This document shows positions 1-8,720 of a stretch of DNA of 52,969 nucleotides, piece by piece. The notes under the pieces were generated by a model. The model was not told the origin of the DNA, ran no database searches, and saw only the letters and a program-made list of their open reading frames with translations. How positions within the stretch are numbered: the stretch's first letter is position 1; each line of letters begins with the position of its first letter. Origin of the DNA: an uncultured Deinococcaceae bacterium (lineage in GTDB: Bacteria; Deinococcota; Deinococci; Deinococcales; Deinococcaceae); the NCBI GenBank assembly GCA_964252075.1, contig CAXULY010000038.1, positions 1 to 52,969 of the forward strand. The letters run 5' to 3'. Both the position numbers and the translations under genes were made by a program.

Positions 1-468
1 CGTCACCACGAGGCCCAGGTAGCCGTCCACCGCGACGAACGCGCCGATCTCCTCGTGGTGGTGGGTCAGCAGGTGCTTCGCGCCGCGCAGGTCGCCGAGG
101 CCCTCCTCGCCGACGTTCGCGACGAGCCACAGGGGGCGGCGCAGGGTGTCTGCCCTGAGGTTCTGCAGCAGCGCCGTGAGCACCGCGAGGCTCGCGCTGT
201 TGTCGCCCACGCCCGGCCCGACCAGCCGCCCGCGCCGCTCCACGACACTCACGTCCGTCCCTTCGGAGAACACCGTGTCGAGGTGCGAGGCGAGCACCAG
301 GGCGCCACCCGTGGTGGGCCCCAGGCGCAGCACCACGTTCCCCACCTCGTCAATGTGCGGGTCGTGGCCCAGGTCGCGCCACAGCTGCGCGAGCAGCTGT
401 CCGCGCCGCTCCTCGGCGAAAGTGGGGGCGGGGGTCTCGGCAATCTGCCGCAGGTAACTCAGGGGCAC
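1..468 (-). CDS. M20/M25/M40 family metallo-hydrolase/peptidase (5' part; runs off the window edge)
   Basis: Not in the ORF track; translated by hand from GTG at 468: MPLSYLRQIAETPAPTFAEE...DEVGNV...LASHLDTVF...GPGVGDNSASLA...VANVGEEGLGDLRGAK...VDG. These are M20 metal-binding motifs (HxD, GD, EE). Confidence 0.85.
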   Translation of the reverse strand, partial: MPLSYLRQIAETPAPTFAEERRGQLLAQLWRDLGHDPHIDEVGNVVLRLGPTTGGALVLASHLDTVFSEGTDVSVVERRGRLVGPGVGDNSASLAVLTALLQNLRADTLRRPLWLVANVGEEGLGDLRGAKHLLTHHHEEIGAFVAVDGYLGLVVT

Positions 469-561
469 GCCGCCAGTCTAGCGTGCATGACGCGAAACTG
501 ACGGAACGTGCGACCCGGGCGTGTTGTGAAAGCGTTGATTTCGTGTGCGGGCGTGCGGGAT

Positions 562-999
562 TCAGCGGTTGCGGTTCAGCAGCTGACTGCCGATCACGCC
601 CGCCAGGCCGACCAGCCCGGCCTTCACCATGGGGTTGCTGAGCGCGCCGCCCTGACCGAAAATCTGCTCAAGCGGACTGGGGCCCTCGGCGCCCGCCCCG
701 TGCTTCTGCAGGACCGCGCTGCCGGACTGCTGGATCGCCGTCGCGAGTCCGTCGTCGTCGGTGGGGGAGACGTCTTGCGTGGGGGTGTCGGGGTGCTGGT
801 TCATGGCCTGCGCGAGCGCCGCGCGCTGCTCGGGCGACAGCGTCTGCACGAAGTTGCGGTAGGTGTCCACCTGCTCGCTTTGCGGGGCGCTCTGCATGTA
901 CTGACTCACGAGCGCGCCCGCCTCGCGCGGGTCGGCCTGCTGGGGGTTCTGACCTTGCGAGAATTTCGAGGCGAGTCCTTTGAGCATGTCATCCATCAT
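562..999 (-). CDS. Hypothetical Gln-rich protein with a C-terminal glycine-rich hydrophobic helix
   Basis: 145-aa ORF with host-like codon usage and a GGAGG RBS upstream of the ATG. Confidence 0.75.
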   Translation of the reverse strand: MMDDMLKGLASKFSQGQNPQQADPREAGALVSQYMQSAPQSEQVDTYRNFVQTLSPEQRAALAQAMNQHPDTPTQDVSPTDDDGLATAIQQSGSAVLQKHGAGAEGPSPLEQIFGQGGALSNPMVKAGLVGLAGVIGSQLLNRNR

Positions 1000-1098
1000 G
1001 GTTGAGCCCTCCTGGCTTCACGGAACCACGGCCACATGAGACGGAATTGCCGCATTTGGGGACATTTTTTTAGAGAGCCGCGCCCTAGAGTGGTGGGG

Positions 1099-2508
1099 AT
1101 GATGCGGTCCCTGATCCTGATCGGGCACGGTTCCCACCTGAATGGCGAGTCGGCGGTGTCCGTGTACCATTACGCCGAATTGTTGCGTGGGCGCGGTCCC
1201 TTCGACGAGGTGATCGAGGGCTACTGGAAGGAAGAGCCCAGCCTGCGCCAGGTGCTGCGCACCGCCACCTACACCGACGTCACCGTGATCCCCATGTTCA
1301 TCAGCGAGGGGTACTTCACGGAGACCGTCATTCCCCGCGAGCTGGGCCTGGGCCACCAGGGCCGCGTCCCGGCGGGCGGCATCGCGCGCACGATTGGCGG
1401 GAAGACCGTGCGGTACACCCTGCCGTACGGCGTGCACCCCGCCATGACGGACGTGATTCTGGCGCGCGCGAGCGAGGCGCTGCCGGACCACGACCCGGCC
1501 TCCACGGCGCTCGTCGTGATCGGGCACGGTACGACCCGCAACGAGAACAGCAACCGCGTGATCTTTGAGAACGCCGCGCGCGTCCGCGAGACCGGACGCT
1601 ACAGCGAGGTGCACGCGCTGTTCCTCGACGAGGAGCCGCGGCTCTCCAGCTGGCAGGACCGCGTGCAGGCCAAGACCGTGGTGATGGTGCCGTTCTTCGC
1701 GTCGGAAGGCTGGCACACCCTGGAGACCATCCCGGAGGACCTGGGCCTCACGGGGGACGTCACGACCTTCGGGGACGTCACGGTGTACTACAGCCGCCCG
1801 ACGGGCACGCATGAACTCGTCGCGGACGTGGTGCTGCAACTCGCGGAGGAAGCGCACAGCGCGAGCGATCAGGGCGGCGAGCCGGACGAGGACCACACGC
1901 TCGCGTGGACGGCCTTCATGGAGCGCGCCCGCGCGGGCCTGCGCATGGGTGAGGCGCTCATCACGCCCGAGGCGGGCGTGTTCGAGGTGCGGCACGCGCT
2001 CGACGAGGGCCTGCCCGGCCACACCCTCACCACGGTCGTGACGCCCGAGGGCGTGCGGGACCTCACGCGCCGCACGGAGATCGGGGAGCACCGCCCCGTG
2101 CACACCCTGCGCAACCTCCCGCGCGGCTGGCGCGCCATGCTGTCGCCGGGTGACCTGCCGCGCGCCGTGCATTACCTGTACCCGGCGGTGGTGGAGGAGT
2201 CCTACGCGTGCAGCCACCACGCGCTGCGCTCCACCCCCTGGGCGACCACCGCGCGCCGCCAGACGGGCATCTACGCGAAGGTGCAGCAGGCGCGCCCCGA
2301 GCAGGTCGCGGAGGTCTCCGCGAAGGTGTGCACGGCGTGCCTCAAGACGCGCCTGTGGGCGGGCGACAAGCTGGAGGCGACCTTCTTCGATGGGGTGCCC
2401 GGCGGCATCCCGTGCGCGGAAGCCTGCACCCTGCTGGTCGCGGAGGTGCGCGATGCCATCAGCGTCCCGAGGCCTGCGCCGGAACCCATCCCCGTTCCCG
2501 CCGACTGA
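1099..2508 (+). CDS. DR2241-family protein: CbiX/SirB chelatase domains fused to a C-terminal Fe-S domain
   Basis: Two GHG[S/T] CbiX half-domains ([30 protein letters not shown]) and C-terminal CTAC...[13 protein letters not shown] -10 box 7 nt before the ATG at 1099. Confidence 0.85.
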   Translation: MMRSLILIGHGSHLNGESAVSVYHYAELLRGRGPFDEVIEGYWKEEPSLRQVLRTATYTDVTVIPMFISEGYFTETVIPRELGLGHQGRVPAGGIARTIGGKTVRYTLPYGVHPAMTDVILARASEALPDHDPASTALVVIGHGTTRNENSNRVIFENAARVRETGRYSEVHALFLDEEPRLSSWQDRVQAKTVVMVPFFASEGWHTLETIPEDLGLTGDVTTFGDVTVYYSRPTGTHELVADVVLQLAEEAHSASDQGGEPDEDHTLAWTAFMERARAGLRMGEALITPEAGVFEVRHALDEGLPGHTLTTVVTPEGVRDLTRRTEIGEHRPVHTLRNLPRGWRAMLSPGDLPRAVHYLYPAVVEESYACSHHALRSTPWATTARRQTGIYAKVQQARPEQVAEVSAKVCTACLKTRLWAGDKLEATFFDGVPGGIPCAEACTLLVAEVRDAISVPRPAPEPIPVPAD

Positions 2509-2550
2509 CGCCTGAACGCACGCTGGCCCGTGAAGTGCGGGCCAGCGCCT

Positions 2551-3849
2551 TCATGTGGATGGCGTGTGCGGCACGTCGTCCTTCGGCGGCACGATCAGCA
2601 CGCGGTCAATGCGCGCGCCGTCCAGGTCCAGCACCTCCAGGCGCCAGCCCTGGGTCTCCACCGTCTCGCCCTCCGTCGGCAGGCGCCCGAACAGCGCGAG
2701 CAGGTACCCGGCGAGGGTCGAGAAGTCCTCGTCCTCCAGCTCCGGCAGCTTCAGGGTGTCGCGCAGGGTGTGCATGGGCAGCCCGCCGTCCGCAAGGTAA
2801 CTGCCGTCCGCGCGGCGCACGAGGTCGGAGCTGGTGTCCGGCTCCAGGCGGTGTCCGACCAGCTCCACCACGAGGTCCGTGGCGGTCAGCAGGCCCGTGA
2901 AGTCCCCGTACTCGTCCACCACCAGCGCCATGCGGGCCGGTCGGTGACGGCGCAGCTGCGTGAGGGCGTCCTCGGCGCTCGCGCCTTCCGGCACGAACAC
3001 CGGCGGGTGCAGCAGGCTCACGAGGGCCTCGCCGCTGTGCAGGGCGCGCAGCAGGTCCGCGACGCCCAGGGTGCCCACCACGTCCTGCGTCTCGGACCGC
3101 ACGGGGAAGGCCTCATGTCCGGCGCGCAGGGCGGCGTCCACCATCCGGTCCAGGCTGTCGTTCAGGTTGAGGCACACCACGTCCCCGCGCGGGGTCATGA
3201 GGTCCTGCACGCGGCGGTCCGTGAAGCGCAGCACCCGTTCGATGCGCTCACTCTCCGAGGGGTCCAGCGTGCCGCTCAGGGTCGCCTGGTTCACGAGGGC
3301 GCGCACGTCGTCCTGCGTGACGCCCTCCCCGCGCTCCCCGCGCACGCCCAGCAGGCGCAGCAGGCCGCGCGTGGTGGCGTCCAGCAGCCACACGATGGGC
3401 CGCGCGACGCGCGACAGGCCCGAGAAGAACGGCGCGACGCGCACCGCGAGCGCCTCCGGGTTGCGCAGCGCGATGGTCTTGGGCGCCAGCTCACCGAGCA
3501 CGAGGGACAGGAACGTCACGCCCAGCACCACCACGCCGTCCGCGACGGCGCCGGCCGAGCGGCCCAGCGCTGGCGTCAGCAGCGGCTGGATGTACGTCGT
3601 GAGGCGGTCCCCCGCGAAGACCGCACTCACCGTCCCGATCAGCGAGATGCCGAACTGCACCGTCGCCAGGAACGGCCCGGGGTTCCCCAGCAGGTCCAGC
3701 GCGCGCCGCGCCCCCAGCTGCCCACGCTCCGCCTCGGCCTCCAGGCGGTTGCGCCGCGCGGACACCACGCCCAGTTCGCTCGCGGAGAAGAAGCCGTTCG
3801 CGATGATCAGCACCAACAGGATGCCCAGCTCCAGCCAGAATGTGCCCAC
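2551..3849 (-). CDS. HlyC/CorC (CNNM-CBS-CorC) hemolysin-family membrane protein
   Basis: NGFFSASE, GELAPK, CBS pair, VVDEYG, C-terminal TLAGY...RLP CorC domain. Confidence 0.92.
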   Translation of the reverse strand: MGTFWLELGILLVLIIANGFFSASELGVVSARRNRLEAEAERGQLGARRALDLLGNPGPFLATVQFGISLIGTVSAVFAGDRLTTYIQPLLTPALGRSAGAVADGVVVLGVTFLSLVLGELAPKTIALRNPEALAVRVAPFFSGLSRVARPIVWLLDATTRGLLRLLGVRGERGEGVTQDDVRALVNQATLSGTLDPSESERIERVLRFTDRRVQDLMTPRGDVVCLNLNDSLDRMVDAALRAGHEAFPVRSETQDVVGTLGVADLLRALHSGEALVSLLHPPVFVPEGASAEDALTQLRRHRPARMALVVDEYGDFTGLLTATDLVVELVGHRLEPDTSSDLVRRADGSYLADGGLPMHTLRDTLKLPELEDEDFSTLAGYLLALFGRLPTEGETVETQGWRLEVLDLDGARIDRVLIVPPKDDVPHTPST

Positions 3850-3923
3850 GCGCCGAGTGTACCGACCGGCCCGCGCCGCCTTTGCGGCGCCCCCCCGAAG
3901 GTGAAGGGCGCGTCAAGGCGGGG

Positions 3924-4811
3924 TCAGGGCCGCTCGAAGTCCGTGCGGATGGAGCGTGGGCGCCGGCCATCCACGTCCGTGAAGCCGTACCGCTCGCCCA
4001 GTTCTGCCGCCACCAGCACCGAGCCGCTCTGCGCGAGGCGCTCCGGGTCGCCCGCGAGGGCCGCGACGGCGCGCCCCAGGAACTGCGGGGACTCCGAGTT
4101 GCTGAAGTCGAAGGCGCCCTCCGGCGCGAGCAGCACGCCTTCCGTGCGCACCAGGCCGGGGTACAGCGACACGCACGTCACGCCGTGCGGGCGCAGGTGG
4201 TTCGCCATGGCCTGGGCCATGCGGTCGTCGGCGTTCTTCGCGAGGAAGTACGGGATGTTCTCCTGATCCTGGTGCCGCAGGCCCGCGAAGAACGAGATGT
4301 TCACGATCAACCCGCGCGCCTCCATGAGGAGCGGCGCGCTCAGGGCGCTCGTGATGTAGTGCGCGCGCACGCCCGCGCCGAACATCTCGTCGAACAGCGT
4401 GAGGGGCTGCGTCCAGAACGGCGCGCCCCACTGTTGCCCGCGCGCGTCCCACAGGTGCAGGCCCTCGTACCCACCCCACACGTTGTTCACAAGCACGTCC
4501 AGCCGCCCGTGCGCCTCCCGGATGCGCTCCACCACCGCGCGCGTCTGCGCGTCATCGCGGTGATCGCAGGCGAGCGCGACGCCCCGCCCGCCCAGCCGCG
4601 TGACCTCCGCCGCGGTGTCCTCCAGGCTGCCCGCCAGCGGCGGGAGGTGCGCCGGGCGTCCGCTCAGGGTGCGGCCCGTCACGTACACCGTCGCGCCTGC
4701 CTCGCCGAGGCCGAGCGCCACGCCGCGCCCCACGCCCCGACTCGCGCCCGTCACGAGCGCCACCTGACCCGCCAGCGCCCCCCCGCCCGCCTCCGCGTTC
4801 GTTGTGGTCAC
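3924..4811 (-). CDS. SDR family NAD(P)-dependent oxidoreductase (DHRS1-like)
   Basis: TGASRGVG, LDVLVNN, YFLAK catalytic motif, SLYPGLVRTE. GTG start at 4811 preferred. Confidence 0.9.
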   Translation of the reverse strand: MTTTNAEAGGGALAGQVALVTGASRGVGRGVALGLGEAGATVYVTGRTLSGRPAHLPPLAGSLEDTAAEVTRLGGRGVALACDHRDDAQTRAVVERIREAHGRLDVLVNNVWGGYEGLHLWDARGQQWGAPFWTQPLTLFDEMFGAGVRAHYITSALSAPLLMEARGLIVNISFFAGLRHQDQENIPYFLAKNADDRMAQAMANHLRPHGVTCVSLYPGLVRTEGVLLAPEGAFDFSNSESPQFLGRAVAALAGDPERLAQSGSVLVAAELGERYGFTDVDGRRPRSIRTDFERP

Positions 4812-4897
4812 CCCGCGAGCATCGCATGACCGCGCCGCGCCGCGCATCGTCTGAACGGCTCAGGGGCCGCGCCGCCCCACCACCCTAAGCTGAGGGC

Positions 4898-5788
4898 ATG
4901 ACGGACGCCGTGGACCTCGCGCTCGCCCAGTTCCCGCTGGGCCACTTCACGACCTGGGATGACCTCGCCGCCAGCCTCACCTCCTGGGTGGAGGAGGGCG
5001 CGCGGCAGGGTCGCCTGCTGGTGTTCCCCGAATACGGCGGCATGACCCTCGTGGGCCTCTGCCCCCAGGACACCTGGGCGGACGAGGTCGCGCAACTGCC
5101 CGCCCTGCAACCCTGGCTGCCCGCGTACCGCGACCTGCACGCGCGCCTCGCGCGCGCGCACGGCGTGTACATCCTCGCGGGGAGCCTCCCCGTGGAGGAG
5201 GGCGGGCGGTACTTCAACCGCGCGTACCTGTTCTCCCCGGACGGCGGCGTGGCGCACCAGGACAAGCTGGTCCTCACGCCCAGCGAGGTGCGCAGCAGCG
5301 GCCTCACGCCCGGCGCGGGCGCCCGCGTGTTCGACACGGCGCTCGGGTGCGTCGCCGTGAACATTTGTTACGACTCGGAGTTCCCGCACCAGGCGCGCGC
5401 GCAGGCGGAGGCGGGCGCCGAGGTGCTGCTGGTCCCCACCTGCACCAGCAACGCGCGCGGCTACCACCGCGTGCGTGTGAGCAGCATGGCGCGCGCCCTG
5501 GAGAACCAGCTGGGCGCCGCCGTCAGCCCCCTCATCGGGGAGGCGCCGTGGCTGGCGGGCCTGGAGCGCTCCACGGGCGCGGCGGGCGCCTACACCCCCA
5601 GCGACGAGGGCCTCCCCGAGGACGGCGTGCTCGCGCAGGGCCAGCCCGACCAGCCCGGCTGGGTGTCCGCGCGCCTGGAGCTGGAGCGCCTGCGCTTCGC
5701 GCGCCGCGAGGGCCACGTCCTGAACCTGCGCGACGAACCCGCCGCGCGGCAGCGCGTCTCGGGCGGCGTCACTCACGTGACGCTGTGA
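4898..5788 (+). CDS. Carbon-nitrogen hydrolase (nitrilase superfamily)
   Basis: VFPEY, QDK and ICYDSEFP supply the E-K-C triad; ARALEN motif. TAAGCT -10 box 6 nt upstream. Confidence 0.9.
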   Translation: MTDAVDLALAQFPLGHFTTWDDLAASLTSWVEEGARQGRLLVFPEYGGMTLVGLCPQDTWADEVAQLPALQPWLPAYRDLHARLARAHGVYILAGSLPVEEGGRYFNRAYLFSPDGGVAHQDKLVLTPSEVRSSGLTPGAGARVFDTALGCVAVNICYDSEFPHQARAQAEAGAEVLLVPTCTSNARGYHRVRVSSMARALENQLGAAVSPLIGEAPWLAGLERSTGAAGAYTPSDEGLPEDGVLAQGQPDQPGWVSARLELERLRFARREGHVLNLRDEPAARQRVSGGVTHVTL

Positions 5789-5841
5789 CTTCTCACGCCG
5801 GGCAGGGGTGCGCGTCAGGCCCGGGCCTTAAGCTCGGCGGC

Positions 5842-6153
5842 ATGAAGACCCTCCTCATGGTTGCGGCCCTCGCGTTCGGCGGGCTCGCTCAGGCGGGCGT
5901 GGTCCCCACGCACCACACGTCCGTGGTCGTGAAGGTGCGCGCCGCGAAACCCGCCCCGCGCGTCCGGTACGTCACGCGCCGCGTGAACGTGCGCGTGCCC
6001 ATCGCGCACCGGACGACCGTGTGGCGCACGACCGTGCACCGCTCCTGGGTGGGCCGCACGGAGGTGACGGTCACGCGCCGCACCCCGACCGTGCGCACCA
6101 CCTACACCTACCAGCTGCGCCCCCGGTACGTGCGGGTCGCCATCCGCCTGTAA
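5842..6153 (+). CDS. Small secreted Arg/Val/Thr-rich hypothetical protein
   Basis: TAAGCT -10 box 7 nt before the ATG at 5842; Sec signal MKTLLMVAALAFGGLAQA; host-like GC3. Confidence 0.75.
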   Translation: MKTLLMVAALAFGGLAQAGVVPTHHTSVVVKVRAAKPAPRVRYVTRRVNVRVPIAHRTTVWRTTVHRSWVGRTEVTVTRRTPTVRTTYTYQLRPRYVRVAIRL

Positions 6154-6176
6154 GCGCGGGCGCCGGTGCGCCCACG

Positions 6177-7379
6177 TCATTCCAGTTCATCCCAGGGGCG
6201 CTCCGGGGTCCCCGCCAGTGTCGCGGCCAGGTCCAGCGCCACCGCGGGGCCCACGCGGTCACTCTCCGGACCGCCCAGCAGCAGGTAACGGCCCTCGGCC
6301 ACCTGCTGCCACGTGGGCCAGCCGCCCGCCGGGCGCGCCTCCCACGCGCCCGGCAGGTCGGCGGCGCTGCGCCCCAGATTCAGCCCCTCAGCCGCCAGCG
6401 CGGGCCACACCGGCAGCGCGCCCATCAGCACATCCAGCAGCTCGCGCCGCGCGCCGACCGGCACGCCCGCCACGCGCCCCCCGCGCGGGGCGTACCCCTG
6501 CGGGTCCGGCCCGAGGTCCGGCGTGACCACCTGAAAGCCCCCGTCGCGCGGCCGCAGGCCCACCCCGGCGGCCCACACGACCGGCAGGTCCGGCGCGAGC
6601 GGCACGTGCAGGCGCGGGAACTGCACCCACGCGCGGCGGTGCGGCAGCACCACGCCCAGGCCCTCCTCCAGCAGGCCCGGTCCTTCCGACCCGGCCGCCA
6701 CCACCACCGTCGGCGCGCGCACCTCCAGCGTCTCGGCCACCACGACCTCATGCGTGCGGGTCACGGTGAGCCGCTCCACCCGCACGCCCACATCCGTGAG
6801 GTGCGCCTCGCTGTTCAGCAGCAGGTCCGCGCCCAGCCACACCGCGCCGTACCCGTAACTGAGCGCGAGGGTGCTGGCGCTCCCGTATCCGCCCTGCGGG
6901 TCCAGCCACGCCTCCGGCAGCGCACCGAGGTCCAGCAGGTCCGCGAGCTGCGCCGCCGCACGCGCGGGCAGGAGGCCCGGCAGGTCCGCCGTGGCGACGG
7001 CCTGCACGCCTTCCGGCGGCGCGCCCAGCGCTGCCCCCAGCCGCAGCCAGCCGCTCGCCACGAAGGCCGGGTCGTGCGGGCGCTCGGTGCCCGTGACGGC
7101 CCCCGGGTCCGCCCACAGGCGCCGCACCCACGCCGCGCGCGCGCGCCAGGCGTCCGGGAGGTCCGCGCGGTGCCACACGCCCGGCGCGTTCAGGGTGGCG
7201 CCCTCCTCGTGCGGGATGCCGCCGCGCTCCACCACCAGCACCCGCGCGGACGGCAGGCGCTCACGCAGGTGAAACGCGCACGCCAGCCCCAGGCGGCCCG
7301 CCCCCACCACCACCACGTCGTACGCCTGGCGCGTGAGGGGCTGCGCGGCGTGCGCGAACACCTGACCCGGCGCACTCAT
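6177..7379 (-). CDS. FAD-dependent oxidoreductase (DAO/DadA-like)
   Basis: YDVVVVGAGRLG Rossmann motif, VLVVERG, VVVAAG. The real start is ATG 7379, inside the long 1650-aa track ORF. Confidence 0.85.
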   Translation of the reverse strand: MSAPGQVFAHAAQPLTRQAYDVVVVGAGRLGLACAFHLRERLPSARVLVVERGGIPHEEGATLNAPGVWHRADLPDAWRARAAWVRRLWADPGAVTGTERPHDPAFVASGWLRLGAALGAPPEGVQAVATADLPGLLPARAAAQLADLLDLGALPEAWLDPQGGYGSASTLALSYGYGAVWLGADLLLNSEAHLTDVGVRVERLTVTRTHEVVVAETLEVRAPTVVVAAGSEGPGLLEEGLGVVLPHRRAWVQFPRLHVPLAPDLPVVWAAGVGLRPRDGGFQVVTPDLGPDPQGYAPRGGRVAGVPVGARRELLDVLMGALPVWPALAAEGLNLGRSAADLPGAWEARPAGGWPTWQQVAEGRYLLLGGPESDRVGPAVALDLAATLAGTPERPWDELE

Positions 7380-7424
7380 ATTTTCCTCGTGGCGTTCAAA
7401 TGGGACTTTGTATACTCTTCCAAG

Positions 7425-8669
7425 ATGCTCCCCCACGCCCTGCGGCCCCTGCTGGCCACGCTCGCCACCGCCACTGCCCTCGGGGCCGCCACGGCCCACG
7501 CGGTGGACCTGCGCGTGCTGGTCGCTGCCGGACCCCGGATTGACGTCAGTATTCCACTGAGTTCCACCTCCAGAAGCTACTCCGGCGCGCTGGGCGGCAC
7601 CGCCCACTGGCTCGTCGGTGCCGCCAGCGGCCACCTCACCCTGGATGGACGGGACAGCGGCAGCGCGCAGTTGTTCCTGCCGCCCGCGTCTGGCAGCAGC
7701 GTCACCGTGAACGGCGTGGCGTACCGCGGCGGCGTGTACCTGCGCCTCACCGGCAATGGCGTGCGCGCCATCAACGTGGTGAACCTCGAAGATTACCTGC
7801 GCAGCGTCGTCGCCGCCGAGATGCCGCCCTCCTGGCCCACCGAGGCGCTGCGCGCGCAGGCCGTCATCGCGCGCACCTACGCCGTCGCGCACCTCAGCCC
7901 CAGCGCCGACTACGACCTGTGCGCCACCGAGCAGTGCCAGGTGTACCCCGGCGTGACGCGCGAGGTGCCCAGCACCGACGCCGCCGTCGCCGCCACCACC
8001 GCGCAGGTGGTGTCCTGGCAGGGGCAGGCGGCGCGCACGTATTTCTCCAGCGACTCCGGCGGGTACACCGCGTCCAGCCAGGAAGTCTGGAACACCCCCG
8101 AGCCGTACCTCGTTGCGAAGCCCGACCCCGCCTCCCGCAGCCCGAAAAGCAGCTGGACGCTGCAGGTGCCCCTCGCGAAAGTCGCGCAGATCGTCGCGCG
8201 CTACCGCCTGAACGTCGGGACCCTGCAAGGCGTGAGCGTCACGCGCGTGAGCGCCTCCGGGCGGCCCCAGGAGATTGGCTTCGTGGGGAGCGCGGGCCGC
8301 GCCACCCTGAACGGCGCGGAAGCGGGCGGGTTCCTGCGCGCGCTCGGCGCGTACTCCACCCGCGTGAACCTCGGCGGCACCGATCCCCTCATCGTCGCGG
8401 GCGCCGGGAACGGGCACGGCGTGGGCCTCTCCCAGTACGGCGCGAGCGGCCTCGCGGGACAGAACTGGAATTACCTGCAGATCCTCGGCTTCTACTACCC
8501 CGGCGCGAGCATCAGCGCCCTGCAGGAAGCGGGCGCCACCCGGCCCCCCAGCCTCGCGCAGGACACCCCGCTCGACGAGGCGGGACGCGCCCTCGCCGCG
8601 CGCCAGGACACCCCCGCGCAAGTGGCCCCGTCCCTCACCGCCGCCCTGGAGTTGCCGGGTGCGCTGTGA
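7425..8669 (+). CDS. SpoIID/LytB-domain peptidoglycan lytic transglycosylase, exported
   Basis: Signal peptide; LEDYLRSVVAAEM, EALRAQAVIARTY, CQVY, GNGHGVGLSQYGA, ILGFYYPG. TATACT -10 box upstream. Confidence 0.92.
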   Translation: MLPHALRPLLATLATATALGAATAHAVDLRVLVAAGPRIDVSIPLSSTSRSYSGALGGTAHWLVGAASGHLTLDGRDSGSAQLFLPPASGSSVTVNGVAYRGGVYLRLTGNGVRAINVVNLEDYLRSVVAAEMPPSWPTEALRAQAVIARTYAVAHLSPSADYDLCATEQCQVYPGVTREVPSTDAAVAATTAQVVSWQGQAARTYFSSDSGGYTASSQEVWNTPEPYLVAKPDPASRSPKSSWTLQVPLAKVAQIVARYRLNVGTLQGVSVTRVSASGRPQEIGFVGSAGRATLNGAEAGGFLRALGAYSTRVNLGGTDPLIVAGAGNGHGVGLSQYGASGLAGQNWNYLQILGFYYPGASISALQEAGATRPPSLAQDTPLDEAGRALAARQDTPAQVAPSLTAALELPGAL

Positions 8670-8720
8670 GGTGCGCCTCCACCCACCGCACCGTGCGACG
8701 CTGATCGGAGCAGCAGCCTG

